A stretch of 64,000 nucleotides of DNA from Podarcis erhardii (Eukaryota): NCBI GenBank assembly GCA_964252035.1, contig OZ176203.1; one strand, given 5' to 3'. The notes under the pieces are model-generated. The model was given only the letters and a program-made list of their open reading frames with translations. It did no database searches and was not told where the DNA came from. Below, piece by piece: positions 25,119 to 39,016 of this stretch; the stretch's first letter is position 1; each line of letters starts with the position of its first letter. The translations under genes and the position numbers were made by a program.

Positions 25119-28100
25119 AAAATATTTGGCTTGATAGATTAACAGAGCACTACTGGTACAGTATTGCATAAATATCAATAGAACTTGTACACAGACCACT
25201 TCTGAAATGATTCTGCTTCCTAATTGCAACAAGAACTAAGCTGCAAGTTTCTTTAACATTCACTCTATATCAAAGAACTTGTTTCCCAGTATGTAACTAA
25301 GCAACCAAATGTCCTTGTGTCTTCCACCAATCAAAAGCTGGCCATGCACAACGCTGCATATCAAATATGTGTCTGTTAAGCCATAAAGATCAGGCAGAAC
25401 AATGGAAATGTGGATGCATGCATCGTAGGAGAAGCTTTTCGGAAGGACTTTCTAGGTGCTTCAATTTTCCACCAGATCTTTATCGTTCTATTAACATGAC
25501 TTTTCTGGGGGAAAGCAATTGCCCATTTCCATGGTGTACATCATATTTGCAATGAACTATCTCTAGTGTGTGACACTTTGTAATAATTGGCCTAATCTTT
25601 ATTAATTTCTCTGATGTTCATCGTAGTAACATTAATCATTTGATGCACTTTTGCTATTAATTTGAATGTCATAGGTACTTTCCTAGCAGTTCCATTGTAA
25701 TTCTGGATTAATTAATTTACTGTTCCTGCCAATTTTGATTTAAAAATTAGACTTCTAGTACAAAATCCACCTTGGCAGTTACTTCTTTTTTTTACATTTT
25801 TAATTGCTGGTGCAAATGCCGAGGGTATGGTTATCTTGTGCGGCTCCTGTTTCAACAAGAATTTCACATTTTAATTTTATTTAAATGTTGACACAACAGA
25901 AAGTCCTTGGGGAAATTGCATATATACTAAAAGTTCAGATTTGGGACATGTCAGGGATCTGCACCCTCCACCCTTTGTATCTCAGGGAGCCTCTTCATAC
26001 CCTAATGAAGAACACCCATAGAAGGTGAGTTGCCAAAGTTCTGGTTATAAGGAGGTGTACTGCCTAGCAAAAGCAACCAGGAGATTATGGCTTGCTGAAG
26101 CAGCCAATATGGTAAGACTCTTCTAGAACTTAGCTGCTGGTGAAATTAATGGGGGCCCAAAGACATGAGCATGAAGAGATTGCTTGAATTACATTATCCA
26201 TGAAGAAGTGGAAGGAGACATTACTAAGGGATAGAATTGGCTTAAGATGTGGCTTAAGATCTAAATGTAATAGTAGTTGGAGAACATGTTGCTGAACTTT
26301 TGTGAATGCATTGATTAGGTTTCATCCATTATTCTGCTGAATTTACCATATTGGTTTGCTGACAGTACTGGATTAGTTTGCTGACATCGATATATTTGTT
26401 TGGATGGCAATAGTATCACAGGATAGAACAGGGAGTGGCTTGGGAATCTGTTTACTGCTTTGCAGAAAGTATTATAAAAGGAACAGTTAAAAAAGGAACA
26501 CCAATCTGTCCCAGTTGTTTTAAATTTAAAACAAGGTGATACATAGGCTTTCAAAAGGGACGTCCTGGTAAGTTATTCCAGGACAATCTGCCTGTTCTGT
26601 TGATGAAGACTTACCCTGGACTAACAGGAAAAGGTCTATGGCTCACCTGTAAATGATGATCAGAGGGACAGATCATCCCACTTCACTGTAGGTGTCAAGA
26701 GTAAGCAGTGAGTCATCATCATTTGATAATTATCTCCTCTTGTGGCTAGAGCCTTGTGAACAGATTTATTGTAGTTGAGGTGACATGGACAAGTTTATTG
26801 TAGTGGAGCCTTCTGAGTGTACTGGGTCGTACTTGTCATTAGGTGTACTAGATCGTACTTGTCATTATTGTAATGTCAAATAAAATTGAGTTGTCTCATA
26901 TCCCTTTGGTGGTTTTCAACCCTTAAACTATCCTGTGTCAGTGCTTTTACTGCTTCTCCTTTCTACCTCTTTTCCCTGCTTCTGCCCACAAGAAGACAGT
27001 TAATGATTGCATCATGAGATTGTACATTCATTTAAGTGCAGGAAGTCCCTGAATCTATGGTATAGAACTGCTTCTAGTAGACAAAGCATATGATTTTGAG
27101 TCCAGCTCTTGTTTTTGACCAGTTGCTGGAGAGGGCTTCCCACAGACATCTGGTTGGCCACTGTGAGGATTACGAACCAGACAGGCCTTGGGTCTAATCC
27201 AGAAGAACTTTTGGGCTCTTATCTCAGAGTGTGGGGATGCAGGGAAGAAACAAGCACTGGGATTCTAAGTAACTATCATCTTCAAGTATAATAAACTCCA
27301 GGCCAGTTTATGCCAGTCTCCTTGGTGATGTCCACCAAGAGAGAGTTAAACGCACAGGCATTTATTTTATTGGTCCAAAAATAAATGCTACAAGTAAGCA
27401 GAAATGAAAGTGGTGTGGGTTTACCACTTTCTCCAGCAATGATGACAGGAGCTGTCTCTGACATATTTTATTCCCTAAAAAATGTTTTCTTTTGCTTTTG
27501 GCAGTGGTAAATATGATACAGAAGCATTATCACCGGCTCCTGGAAATACACTGGCAAATTGATGGCATTTGACCATCAGATGCTTACTTAAAAAGTAACT
27601 GCTGGAGAAAATGAAGGAGACCTGACTATCTATGAGGTTTATTGAGGCAGCTGACGTGCTACAAAAGGCAGGTGGGCGTGAAGCTTGAATGGTTTACAAC
27701 CAGCAATAACAAGACTGAAAATACTTCTTAATCGTGTAATCTCCCACCACGTGATCCTATGCCTGAGGTGAAGGTGATGGGGATCATTCTGTTAGGGCAA
27801 GCTGGTGCCTTTCCAGGCAGATTACTGGGCATGTTAACACAGAAGAAAAAGGATTGCTTTGCACATGACGTAAGGGAGAAAGGAGGTTATGCAGCACAAG
27901 CCACAAGAGGAAAGAGATCAGCCCCAGAGCCACAAAGGCGAGGGACATGTGGAAAGCCTTGTGGCTAATCAGGGTCTACCTGCAGTGAATTTACCTTGAT
28001 TTGTCCAGAGGAAATGTGAAAAGGAAAGTGAAAGTGTCTCAAAGAAAACAGTTTCTGTTGAGATAAAGCAGAATTGGAAGCCTTGGTCAAAAAGTTGTAT

Positions 28101-28644
28101 TTGTGGATTAAGCATGCATGGGATTATTTTAGATTAAGTTTTTTTTGTATCTCTGTTGAAAGCTGTGGTCTGTCCTAAGCCTTTTGGACAGGGCACTCTG
28201 AAAATGAAAACATAAAGAGTTATACGTGTATATCCACATAAGGTCCCAAGCTGGGGATTTGGACACAGAAGAGTTTGTCAAAGCAGGAAGGGTCAAAAGA
28301 GGCCGCATGAAAGGCAGACAAGTGATTCTTGAAGCAGCTTTTAGACTGCTCTCTTATAGTGAGATGTTCTGATGTTTTTGTTTTCATTTGCTTTAGAGTA
28401 ATCTTAACTTTTTGTAAACTGGCCTGGAACTTGTTAAAAGTATGGAGTATTAATCCCTAATGTGCATAAAAGGCATAGAACAAATATGTAAGGTATCCTT
28501 GCTAAACTCAAAGGCTTTTCCTAAGTCCAGAGTTGTGTTTCAGTTATTTCACAATGAATCCCTGACAATGTTTTAATATTGTTTTGGCACTGCTTCAAAG
28601 AAAGAAAGCTCCACAGTATAAGTTGTGCATCAAGCCTCTTCATG

Positions 28645-28880
28645 TTAATGGCTGGGACCACTTATTATACTCAGAAGTGTGTCCCACTCAGTTCAATAGC
28701 ACTTCCTTCTAGGTGAGTGAGGATAGGATCGCAGGCTGATTAAGATGAGAATGAGATCAAGTTTGGGCTATAAAACTGCTTTTGGCCTTTGGTGAAGTGC
28801 AGGGCTATCCTATGCATTTTTACTCAGCGGGAAGTCCCACTGTGTTAAATGGGACCTTCTCCTGAGCAAGTGTGTGTTTA
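28645..28880. mobile_element. Two degenerate copies of a short hairpin-type element (ATCCTATGCA..AAGTCCCA..GGGAC..)
   Basis: Resembles a common short palindromic amniote/squamate repeat; a related copy lies at 52885-52980. Confidence 0.4.
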
Positions 28881-31233
28881 GAGTCACTTAACATGAGGAA
28901 AACACCACTGGAGATCGTCTTCTGTAGCTATAAGCAGTCAGGAAACAGAGGACATCCTCAACCATCAAGGCATTTCAAAAAAAGATGAAAAGCAAAAATA
29001 CATTGATTGCTTTCCTATATGACAGCAGCGGTCCTATGTACATGCGTAATTCATAATGGAATGAACTGACAACCTACAACTCACTGATTTATAGATACGA
29101 GACATGTGATACTCTGGATTTTTAAAAACTAAATAAATAACCTGATAAATACATAAATAAATGGACAAAGCATTTAGGGTGTGTTGCTCAAGCTACTAAG
29201 AACACTCTTTAGCCATCCAGCTAGTTCTCTTCTTGAAAATAGCAATTTGTTGTGTAACTTAATTTTTCTTCACTCTGCTTGTGCACTTTTCAAGTTATTT
29301 CATCACCAGCCATTTTTTCCAAGAGAGCAGAGATTCTGGACAAAATCTCTTTTAGTTTAACTCTCAGTGGCAGATTTACAGGTATGTGCAGTAGGAGCAA
29401 GAAATTGGGCCCCGTAATAACCAAGTTATTAGCATACATTGTTAACTAAGAGGTTACCTTTGAAAAGTGTCTACAAACAATGAATTGCCATTGTTGATTT
29501 TAAGTACAGTATTTTAGTTCCTTGCATTTTGGATCCCCCAGTGTTTGATTTTTATGCCTCTAGATCTCTCGCAGCTTTGTGGCATTGAATGAGCTGGCAG
29601 ATACATTGTGCATGGCCACAAGCCTCTACTGGGGGCAGGTTTGTGTGTGTCTTGCTTAAAATTACTCCTGTATTACTTCCTGCATATAGAAAGCTGTGAC
29701 ATCAGGGAACAAATGATTTGACATGCTAGCTTTCCACCAGCTTTGCAGGCAGATGGTATATTAAGAGAATGAATGAATAGACTTTGATGGTATATTAATA
29801 TGGTATATTAACTAATGGTCTGAGATATCAAATAGGTAGAGCCAGGATAAAAATTGTGCAAATTCTTGAGGATTCTAACTCTAGCTCCAAACTAGATGTT
29901 AGTGAGAAACATGATGGTTAGTTTCAAAAATTTAATTTGCATCACATAGGATTAGTGTTGCAGTGAAGCTGTTCCTATTTCATTATTAACGGTACATTTC
30001 TTAAGCAGGTAGCAATCTTTTTAGAAAGGACAACCTTATTGGCCATTGAAGCAGAATTTCTCAAGTTTGACATTCCTTGGTTCTTAGTATTGAAAATGTC
30101 CTAATAACTCTTAGCATTTATGTAGTGCTTTAGAGAATCCAAAGTGCTTCACATATGTCTGCTTCATAATGCTATGAACCTCTTTTCCCTTGCCTCAGTT
30201 TGTTCCTGTCTGACCCTACCAGTTAAACTGCACATATCACAACAATATTCAACATGCTTTGTTACTACTTAGAATGTGTAGCTTTGTTTATTACATGTAA
30301 GACATGTCTTCCTTATTTATGAGCACAGAAAGGTTACTAAAATGAATAACAGAAATATATTTATACTTTCCAAAACTTGGATATAAGCATAAGAGGAAAT
30401 GGAAATTCAAACAGATGGGAGATCATACCAAAAAAGGGTGTGGGCCGTCAGGAAACAGAAAGCAAAAACATGCTTGTTGACATTCGGTAATGCAACATAA
30501 TACACAGTGCTCTGGAAAGAAATTTTTTAATATGGTGCCATACTGTAGCCAAAACCATCTCCCTTGTCCTTGATGGATTACACAAATTTCCCTCTGTCTA
30601 AAAGCCCATAATTTCATTTCCTAGACCCCAGAGTGATGTGCTTCTTCAGCATGACATACTTTCCTATGGCCTTTTATTCTAATTTTCTATAATTATGATC
30701 ATCATTACTCACTGTGACAAGGGGCACTACTGTCCTACTTCTGCCATTCTGCCCAGTACAGAAAGGGCACCCTTCTAATTTGCCATGGCCAGTGATGATA
30801 TCACCCTGGTGTGCTGACTGTCAGGAGCCTATTCAAGGAGGGCATTGATGGATGGACAGCTGAAGCACAGGAGTGGATGAGCCAAGCCTGCTGTGGCATC
30901 CTCAGAAGAGCCCTTTTCAAGGAGGGCAGGAGAACCCTTCCTTCCACCTCAAGGAAGAAAAGGAAACTGGAGGCAAACAAGCTGTGCTAGCCAGGGAGGC
31001 TGACCCCGGTCACAGGACAGAGAAGCTTTCCAGGCTGCTCTGGCTTGGTCAGGGTAAGGCAAGCTGAATCCTACCTTGTCAATGATGTTAACTCCCTTGA
31101 AGTAACAAAGACTTGGTGAGGACAGAGAGCCTAAACCTTAGTGGTGTGTACTTCTCCTGGAGGAAACTCATCGATCCATATGAAGTAGAAATCTTCTCAG
31201 TTCCCAGCCCTCAGATCATGCTATCCCATAAAT

Positions 31234-31361
31234 CAGGCTTCCTCAACCTCGGCCTTCCAGATGTTTTTGGCCTACAACTCCCATGATCTCTAGCTAGCAG
31301 GACCAGTGGTCAGAGAACTGTAGTCTCAAAACATCTGGAGGGCTGAGGTTGAAGAAGCCTG
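31234..31361. mobile_element. hAT MITE (128 bp)
   Basis: TIRs CAGGCTTCCTCAACCTC / GAGGTTGAAGAAGCCTG; perfect 8-bp TSD CCATAAAT. Confidence 0.9.
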
Positions 31362-34300
31362 CCATAAATAATTCAGATGTTCCACGATCTATCTCCTGTA
31401 ACCAGCAAGGGAAAACTATGCATGGATACTGGCCTCATTTGTATCAGCACATTGCAAAAGAGACTAGTGCTCAGTATGTCAGTTGACCCAGGCTGGTAAT
31501 TGAGTTTAAAGGTAGGATGAAACTGCACTCATCCTCCAAGCGCCAAAGGATCAGAGTTGTGGCCTGAGCAACCTAGAAGAATACTGGATTGAAACCTAAA
31601 TAACGCTGACAAATGCAGGATCACAGAAAATGGATTTGCCTAAACAACAAAACCAAGAACTTACTTTCTCCATGCCTCCCAGAAACCCAGAGCAAGAGCA
31701 TTTGTTTAAAAACAATGGCAACAGACAGCGCTTCAGTATATGGGAAAATAAGTGTTTGGACATACTGACAATAAACAGGACCAGATGCTATGCATCAGTT
31801 GCACCTGACAATCTTGGAAATGACTCCTGGGAGAACATTTCAAGTTAGTCAGAAGAAATACAAAATTGTTAGACACCAGATCAGTACTTCAACTTCTGCA
31901 GTGTTAGCACTTTAAGGTAGAGAAGCTGCATCCAGATTTATACCATTTGAAGATTTGGCAGGTAGCAGCCAAGAAATAGAATTCATCTTCACTGGGCATA
32001 ATAATACGTCTAAAGATATCTTTCTATAGCAATTGTGCCATCTCATTATGATCTGTTATCCACTTTCATTTCTCATTCCATCTATTATTAAATTAGGTTG
32101 TTCAACAATGTAGCTATTACGAAGTTATGGACTTCCATGTCCCCTTTCAAGGCAAAAAGGCTCTCCAAGATTTTGCAATTTGGAATTTCAGGTCTGCCAC
32201 TGCAGCTAAAGTGGATGATAACAAAATGCAGCTTGATTTACATTTCAAAGCTTTCACTGAATATAAAGCCGCTCTATTGGCCTTTAAGCACTATATCATC
32301 TGTGTCAGGCATATTTAAGCAAATTGTTGGCTCTCTTAATACCATATTGAACACTGCAAACTGCTGATGTAGTCTTTATGGCTACATCGTAAGCTACATA
32401 AGCTGAAATTGTGTTAGTCTACATAGTGTTTAGCTATGCTCCTTAAAGAAATGGAGCTATCATTTCTACCTGGTTTTCAGCATTGTCCAGCTATCTTTGT
32501 CATCGTTTTGTCATTATCACATCTTTTCTGATGTCCTTCTAGTCCAGCACTCTGTTCTCACAGTGGCCAACCAGTTGTCCATGGGAAGCCCATCAGCAGA
32601 ATCTGCTATTATGGGCTGTGTCCGTAAGACACTGGACTCCTGATTAAGTAAAACACACAGTCCCAAAACCATAGAACTTTGCTATTTTTCTCCTTCAGTA
32701 AACATGGTTAGTTCTCTTGTCAATATTTATATGTATAAGTGTTGTCACATTTTGCCTGTGCTGAATGATTATCTAGGTGCGTCACCAAAGTGCATGTTTC
32801 TGCATGAAGACCTTTCACCTGCCAAACAGATGATCAGCTTTCATAGCACTGATGACTTGTTTGGGTTTAAGGAGCAGGTTGTCTCCCGAGACAGATGGAT
32901 GCCAACAAACCAGGAACTTGCCATACCCTGACTCTCCAAACAGCTGATCAGCCCTTTCCAAGTGCCAACCATCTGTTCAACAATGCATAGAGTTCTGAAT
33001 ACAGGATTCTGCCCCCATCCCCGCTTTCCAATGCCGAATTCTTTAGTCTGTGCGAAATTTGATCAAGGGAGGTGATTTTCCAATAGAATTCTGTTAGCTC
33101 TCAGAAAGATCACTTTTTCTGGTTTGGAATGATTGCAGGCTTAGCAAAAATCTGTGACCATCCCAAGCACTATATTGACATAGGGCTACATGGGAAATAA
33201 TACAACATTCAAACATGTAACAGGGTCTGATCACTATAGTAAAAATGGAGCAACTGCAATGAATATATATATATAATTTTCTTTCATATTCATAACCATA
33301 TTCACACCTTGCCTGTGGGGAATGGACATTCATGTGTTAAGCAAAAACAGATAACAGTGAACACGTGTTGAGGTAATTGCCAAAAGAGGCTCTGGTCAAC
33401 ACAAGTAATCATGAAAAATTTTTCAGAAGACAGGTTGCAGGCAGGGATATAAGAGCAGGCAACAATATAACAGGAGTCAAACTTTCCCCATCCATTGATA
33501 TGCAAAATGGGAGAAGAAAGATTGGTTCTTAGCAGCAATCTAATAAATCCAGAAATAAGTAAAGTGGTAAAAATTCAATGATGTGTGAGTTAAATGTGTG
33601 AAAGAACATTTCTGTCATTTCAGGATTCTGTTTCCATTTGTTGCCAAATGCCTCATACATTTTGTGTTTTATTTGTTAAAATTTGATTTCTTCTCATTTG
33701 TTTTTGTTAAAATCCCATTTCCTTCATGTCTTGATACTTTTGTTTCCTGTTTATTTTTTGTTCCACTTTTTGTCACCTGCAGACATCCATCCAAGGTCCA
33801 GGTTGGACAGGATCCTAAAAACACCAACAAAACAACAGAATGCAACAGATGGGCATGATTTGACTTCTGTTTGTGCCTATTAGTTTCCCTCTGGGTTTGT
33901 TTTGGATCAAATAGAAATTCAACTGAATAGACACCATTCAATTCTATTTTCCATTTGTCAAATAAATACACACTCCCACTTTTTCTACTTCAGAAAGCAT
34001 GGCTATTTCTCTGGTCAGTATTCATATTCATAACTGTGGTGACTGTGGTGGAAATGTGGATGTCCCACCAAAGTTAAACAGTAGTGTTTATGTGTTGAAC
34101 TGGTACCAAAAGAAGCCAGGTACACTAAAGGGGAACTTGTGGCACTCTCAATGTTTCTGGGCTCCTACTTCAGTCAGACAGTAGGGCCAATGACCAGAAA
34201 TGTCACACCTCTATCCGGACACAGTGGAGTCCATATGCTGTTGGAGGGCAACAGGTTCCCCATCCCTGGGGTAAAATAAACTTGCTGGAGATAATAGACC

Positions 34301-36909
34301 AAACACTAATTCATAAGTGTCTTTCTCTCTGTGTTGCCTGAGAAATGGAATTGTTGAATTGAAGAAAAGAAAAAAAACTTACTTCAAGTTGATTGATGTC
34401 TGTGTAACGACTTTCATCAGCAATGCTCTGAAACAAGATTAATGCTACTTTTCCCCTTTAGAGGTAGACAGGTGTTATCTTTTCCTATCAGATAGTCCTT
34501 GTTCATTCACACTGCTGGAACTAGGGAAATGATATGAATTTGACATACAAATTATGCATCAGTTTTTCAGAGGAAGCAGAAATCGTGTCGATAAAGGGAA
34601 CTGCATATCAGTAACCAATAGGAAGTGAGGAAATACAGCCTGTAAGCTTGAGCCCCGAAGGAGGCTGATGGACAGAAGTATATGAGAAGCAGGAGAAGAT
34701 TTTCATGTTATCAACTGTACCTAGAAGCACTGTTTTGTATCTAGCATAGTGGTGCCATGAGAGATGGCAGAGGAAAGGGAAGAATGGCCTTGGTGAGAGC
34801 TTGTTTACAGTACCCCCTGTGCATGAACATCTAGAATCTTTGCCTATGTAGAAACAATAGCTGCCTGTGGTCACTTCTTTCCAGACTTGAACGTGGAAGT
34901 GATTTCTTGTGCTGTTGTCGTTTTGTTCCTTATTCCAAAAAACCCAACTTCCTTTACTTTCTAACAACATCACAATGTTTGAGAGGAATGGTAGAATTTT
35001 TGGACAAAGATAATCACTTTTGTGTTTTTCCCACACTGTCTGCTGCACTGTAAAATGGTATAAACTACTTGCATTGTAACTTTCCTTGAATTCCCAGTGA
35101 CTATGGAGTACCACAGTGACAAACGATAGTATCTGAGTTTGCAGCAGTAAATTGCAGATTGTAAGTGATGGCTCTGAACCTTCATGAAGTGTAGCAGCAT
35201 TCATTTATATGGGTCTTAGTAAATGTGACATAGGAGGACTGTCCGAAAGCTAATTGAAGTGGCACAACTATCACAGTGAAGCTGGTGAAAGCTCCATGAT
35301 CTTGCTGTAAAAATATGATTATGTCTATGACTGCAAATGTAAAGTCATTGCTGCCCATTAATTATAAATTATAATGAAGATCACAGTTTGCAATTTTTGC
35401 AGAATGGAAACCTGAGCCAGCTCAGGTCATCATTAGATAGCATTTGACCAGGGAATTCATATGACATATGCCACAATGCCCTGCATATAATTTGAACTGA
35501 TATGTTCTGGGGGTACAATTACTCTGTGATCCTGAAGTATATAACCTTGCACTGTAGAGAAGTGTTTCTCCAATGGAAATAAAGAGAAGAAATTCATCAG
35601 CAGTGACTTTGGAATGATGATTTGTATTTTAATGCACAACTCCCGCTGATAACTCTCATCAACACTGTTTGTCTCAGAAACATAAAAGGGAAAAAATTCA
35701 CACTGATTTAAAAGTGATCATAGATCAGCAAAGAACATTATCTCTGAGAAAAGTTGCCAAATCAGAATCTATTCATACACCTGATTCTGAACAAGTTAAA
35801 GCTGAATAATTTCTCTAGCATCAGTCTCAATAACATATTCCATGCTGAGGAATTAGAAAAGACTTTTGCCAGAGCTACGAAGTCAAAGAGTTTGCTTTCA
35901 GCTAGACATGGGCCTTTAAAACATGCCTACAAACATTTTCAGCCAAGGCCTTCTGTTGGGGGGGAAGACTCGTCATAAAGAGCTCTTGAGAGGCAATTAC
36001 ATTTGACACATGGTCATGACAGTCAGGCTTGGAACCATTTTAATCTGATTTCAGTTGAAAGTTTCTTCTTTCAGACCTGCCCTGAGCCACTGAGAAATGG
36101 GAACTAGAAATGGAAAGCTACGGATAAATAAATATTCCAATTTAGGTTGTCCAGCGGCATGACCGCCAAGACATTCCCTCAGTCTCTTAGCCCAGTTCTG
36201 TGAACTGCCGCACCAGTCGTCATGACTGCAGCACAGCTAATGTTGAGACAGCACAAGAGAGCAGCCCATTCTGCTGTGCCAATATTGTGAACCGAAATGG
36301 TTCAGCCAGAAAAATAGGTGTTACCGTGACAGCCATGGAAAAATACGCAGGGATGATACACAAAGCATGTCTGCTATTTTCAGATCAAATGCCTGTACAT
36401 TCAACAAACCAAAGGCTTACTGCGTACAAGAGCAGGTATCTTTCTTGCTCAGATGAGCGAGCAAGCCTTCTTTAGAAGCTTTTGTGAGGGACCCACTGGG
36501 CTATTGGAAGAAAGGGCTATCTAGGCTGGTGTGGCTACTTGTGTGAACTTCTTATCTGACAAGCATGAAGACATGTGCCTCAAGTTCTACAGGTTCTGTA
36601 ACACAGAAAAGGGGTTAGAATGACAGTCTAAGACAGCAAGCAGGTGGCTTATATAGAATTTTAGCCACTGTCATTCAACTAGAGTGGGAATACTGATATT
36701 TACCAATTAAAAGGTTTGCTTCCAGTGTTCAAAACTGTTCATATATAGATCAACTCAGCAATTCTTACAACAGCAGTGGGAAGCAGACTAGAATTATGAT
36801 CACCATGTTGCTGATTGTGGGAGGCTGATAGCAGGTAATGGTTTGCTTAATACCGCATAGTAGTAGTGGGTTTGTGGCTGGTGTATGGTTTGAGATGTCA
36901 TGGTTTCAT

Positions 36910-37050
36910 ATTATTTATTGAATTTATATACCACCCTGTACCTGCAGGTCTCAGGACGGTGCACAGGGTAAAACCAGAATATAAAGCCGCAAAGTACATA
37001 ATCAAATAAAAACAACAACCCAATGTCCCCCCAACACATTTTAAAATGGC
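36910..37050 (-). mobile_element. L2-like 3' tail fragment
   Basis: TTATTTATTGAATTTATATACCACCCTG... is typical of a reverse-oriented squamate LINE 3' end. Confidence 0.45.
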
Positions 37051-37549
37051 ATAGGATGTCAATCAAATCATCTCACTCACATATCTCACTCACTGACACA
37101 ATATGCAAGCCCAACTCTTTGACCAAGAGCAAGGGTGGTACAGTGACAAGAGCATAGCTCAGAGCGCAAGAAGAGGCTATAGTTACTTTAATTAGTGGCT
37201 ACTTAAGCCATTCATGAGCCAACTATACTGGTGAACTTCTACTAATAGTTAGTAAGTCATTGGAGTATGAATGCTGCTGACACACAGCACAGAAGGGTGG
37301 ATTTGTCATGTAAGACAGAGTGTAGCTGTAGCAACAACAGATAGCAACAACAAGTATGTTTCTAGGACTAGGATGCTGCTTGCTGTCCTCCTTATCCATG
37401 ATTCTGTTCATTGGATTTATTCAGTGATATTCTTTGATGTTCTTTCTCAGCCACACAAAACCGTTTTCTTTTCCACAACACCTGTGCAGTGTATTTATTG
37501 GAGGCATAGGTTCAGTTCATATGCTACTGATACAGTACAGTAACTGCTA

Positions 37550-37612
37550 AAAAACAAACAAACAAACCACAAACAAACAAACAAACAAGCAAACAAACAA
37601 GCAAACAAACAA
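37550..37612. repeat. Imperfect (AAAC)n microsatellite
   Basis: Directly visible. Confidence 0.9.
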
Positions 37613-37974
37613 ACACTTGCTTCCATGTGGGTTAATCTCACTTCACAGGAGTAATGTCTGAAGCACACACACACACACCACACAAGAGGCAGTAGCCCCA
37701 TTCCACTGTCCTGCTTCATTGCCAGTCTCCCTGACCTCTAGGGCCAGAGAGGGCCCAGTGGCAAAGCCCTGCAGAACATCCCCTCTCCTTCCAAGTCAGT
37801 AAGAAGGGAGGTGTTCCACCACCCAGTTTTGTCGCCAGATAAGAAGTAAGATTTCTCCTCCCGCCTGGTGGCATGGCAAGAATTGTAAGGTGGTTCACAA
37901 CACGATTGAAAAAGTCAATCATAAAAATACATACTGTACGTGTATAACATCCACAAAGCAGTAAGTATTTTTTG

Positions 37975-38330
37975 TAATCAACAAATTATGAACATAGAAG
38001 CCTGATGGATCTGTGAGGAGAGAGTATTCCACAAAATGGATGTCACCACTGAGAAAGCCCTTCTCCATATTGTCATGAGATGTATTTCTGTAAGAAATGG
38101 CATCCTGTGTGGTAAGGAGGGCATCCTGTGATGTTTGAAATGGTTGGGCTCATCAATATGGGGCATTCTCTCAGACAGCCTAGTCCTGAGCTGTTTAGCA
38201 TTTTGTAAGCTTAAACTTGGCTTGATAGCAAATTGGCAGCCAGTACAATTCCTTCAGCACAGGAGTGCTTAGCAGCACATGACCTTTTAAAGTAGTGAAT
38301 CATTTTAGTTTAGCAGTTAAATATACAGTA
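37975..38330 (-). mobile_element. Degenerate L2 LINE 3' fragment
   Basis: Minus-strand translation RRAFSVVTSILWNTL matches the L2 ORF2 C-terminus (RAFSVAAPxLWNxLP). Confidence 0.65.
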
Positions 38331-38928
38331 AGTGGGAGGCATGAATCTTAAGTGACAACTATTAGGTGAGTATGTTAGCATAGTTGGGGCCTTTTCAGTG
38401 GTAGCACCTCAGTTTTGCAATGCCCTGTGTCAGGGGTGAGGATCTATGGTATTTTCAGGCTAAAGGCCACATTTTATCTTGGGCTGCCTTCTGCAAACTG
38501 AATGCTAGTGAATGGCAAGGCCAGCAGTAAAAAGTCACAGGTGAAAATGGATGGGTCAATATGTGTGAATCTTGCCTTTCTATATCCCTTCCACACACAA
38601 GTGAGAATTCTTTATACACACATGCACAGACCTCCATCCAGTTAGATGAGATGTATTATCATAGTTCAATGATACATTCCATCCAGATAGAGGGACTCAA
38701 GGAGAACTTGGAACAGGCTAGGTAAAAGGTGTGGTCTGGAGAGAGTCCCAATGGCTGGATAGTGAAGGTTGCTTTCAGCACCTAATAGGGTCACCATACG
38801 TTGGAAGCAGTGTGTGAGCGGAAATCAGCAAAATGTCTGGGGAAATCTGGTTGTATGGCAACCCATGTCGGCAACCCAGCTCACAACTTTGCTCAGAAAG
38901 CTCAACAACTTTTGTGTCCGGATTTTCA

Positions 38929-38929
38929 G

Positions 38930-38961
<32 letters not shown>

Positions 38962-39016
38962 CTTCTTCTTCTTCTTCTTCTTCTTCTTCTTCTTCTTCTT
39001 CTTCTTCTTCTTCTTC
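38929..39016. repeat. Compound (GTT)n(CTT)n microsatellite
   Basis: Directly visible. Confidence 0.95.

Noticed and set aside
26515-26534. Perfect 20-bp palindrome TTGTTTTAAATTTAAAACAA
   Set aside because: Low-complexity and AT-rich, probably within a decayed DNA-transposon remnant; no further support.
26660-26920. LTR-like segment with a 26-bp tandem duplication and AATAAA
   Set aside because: No TG..CA boundaries or TSD could be defined.
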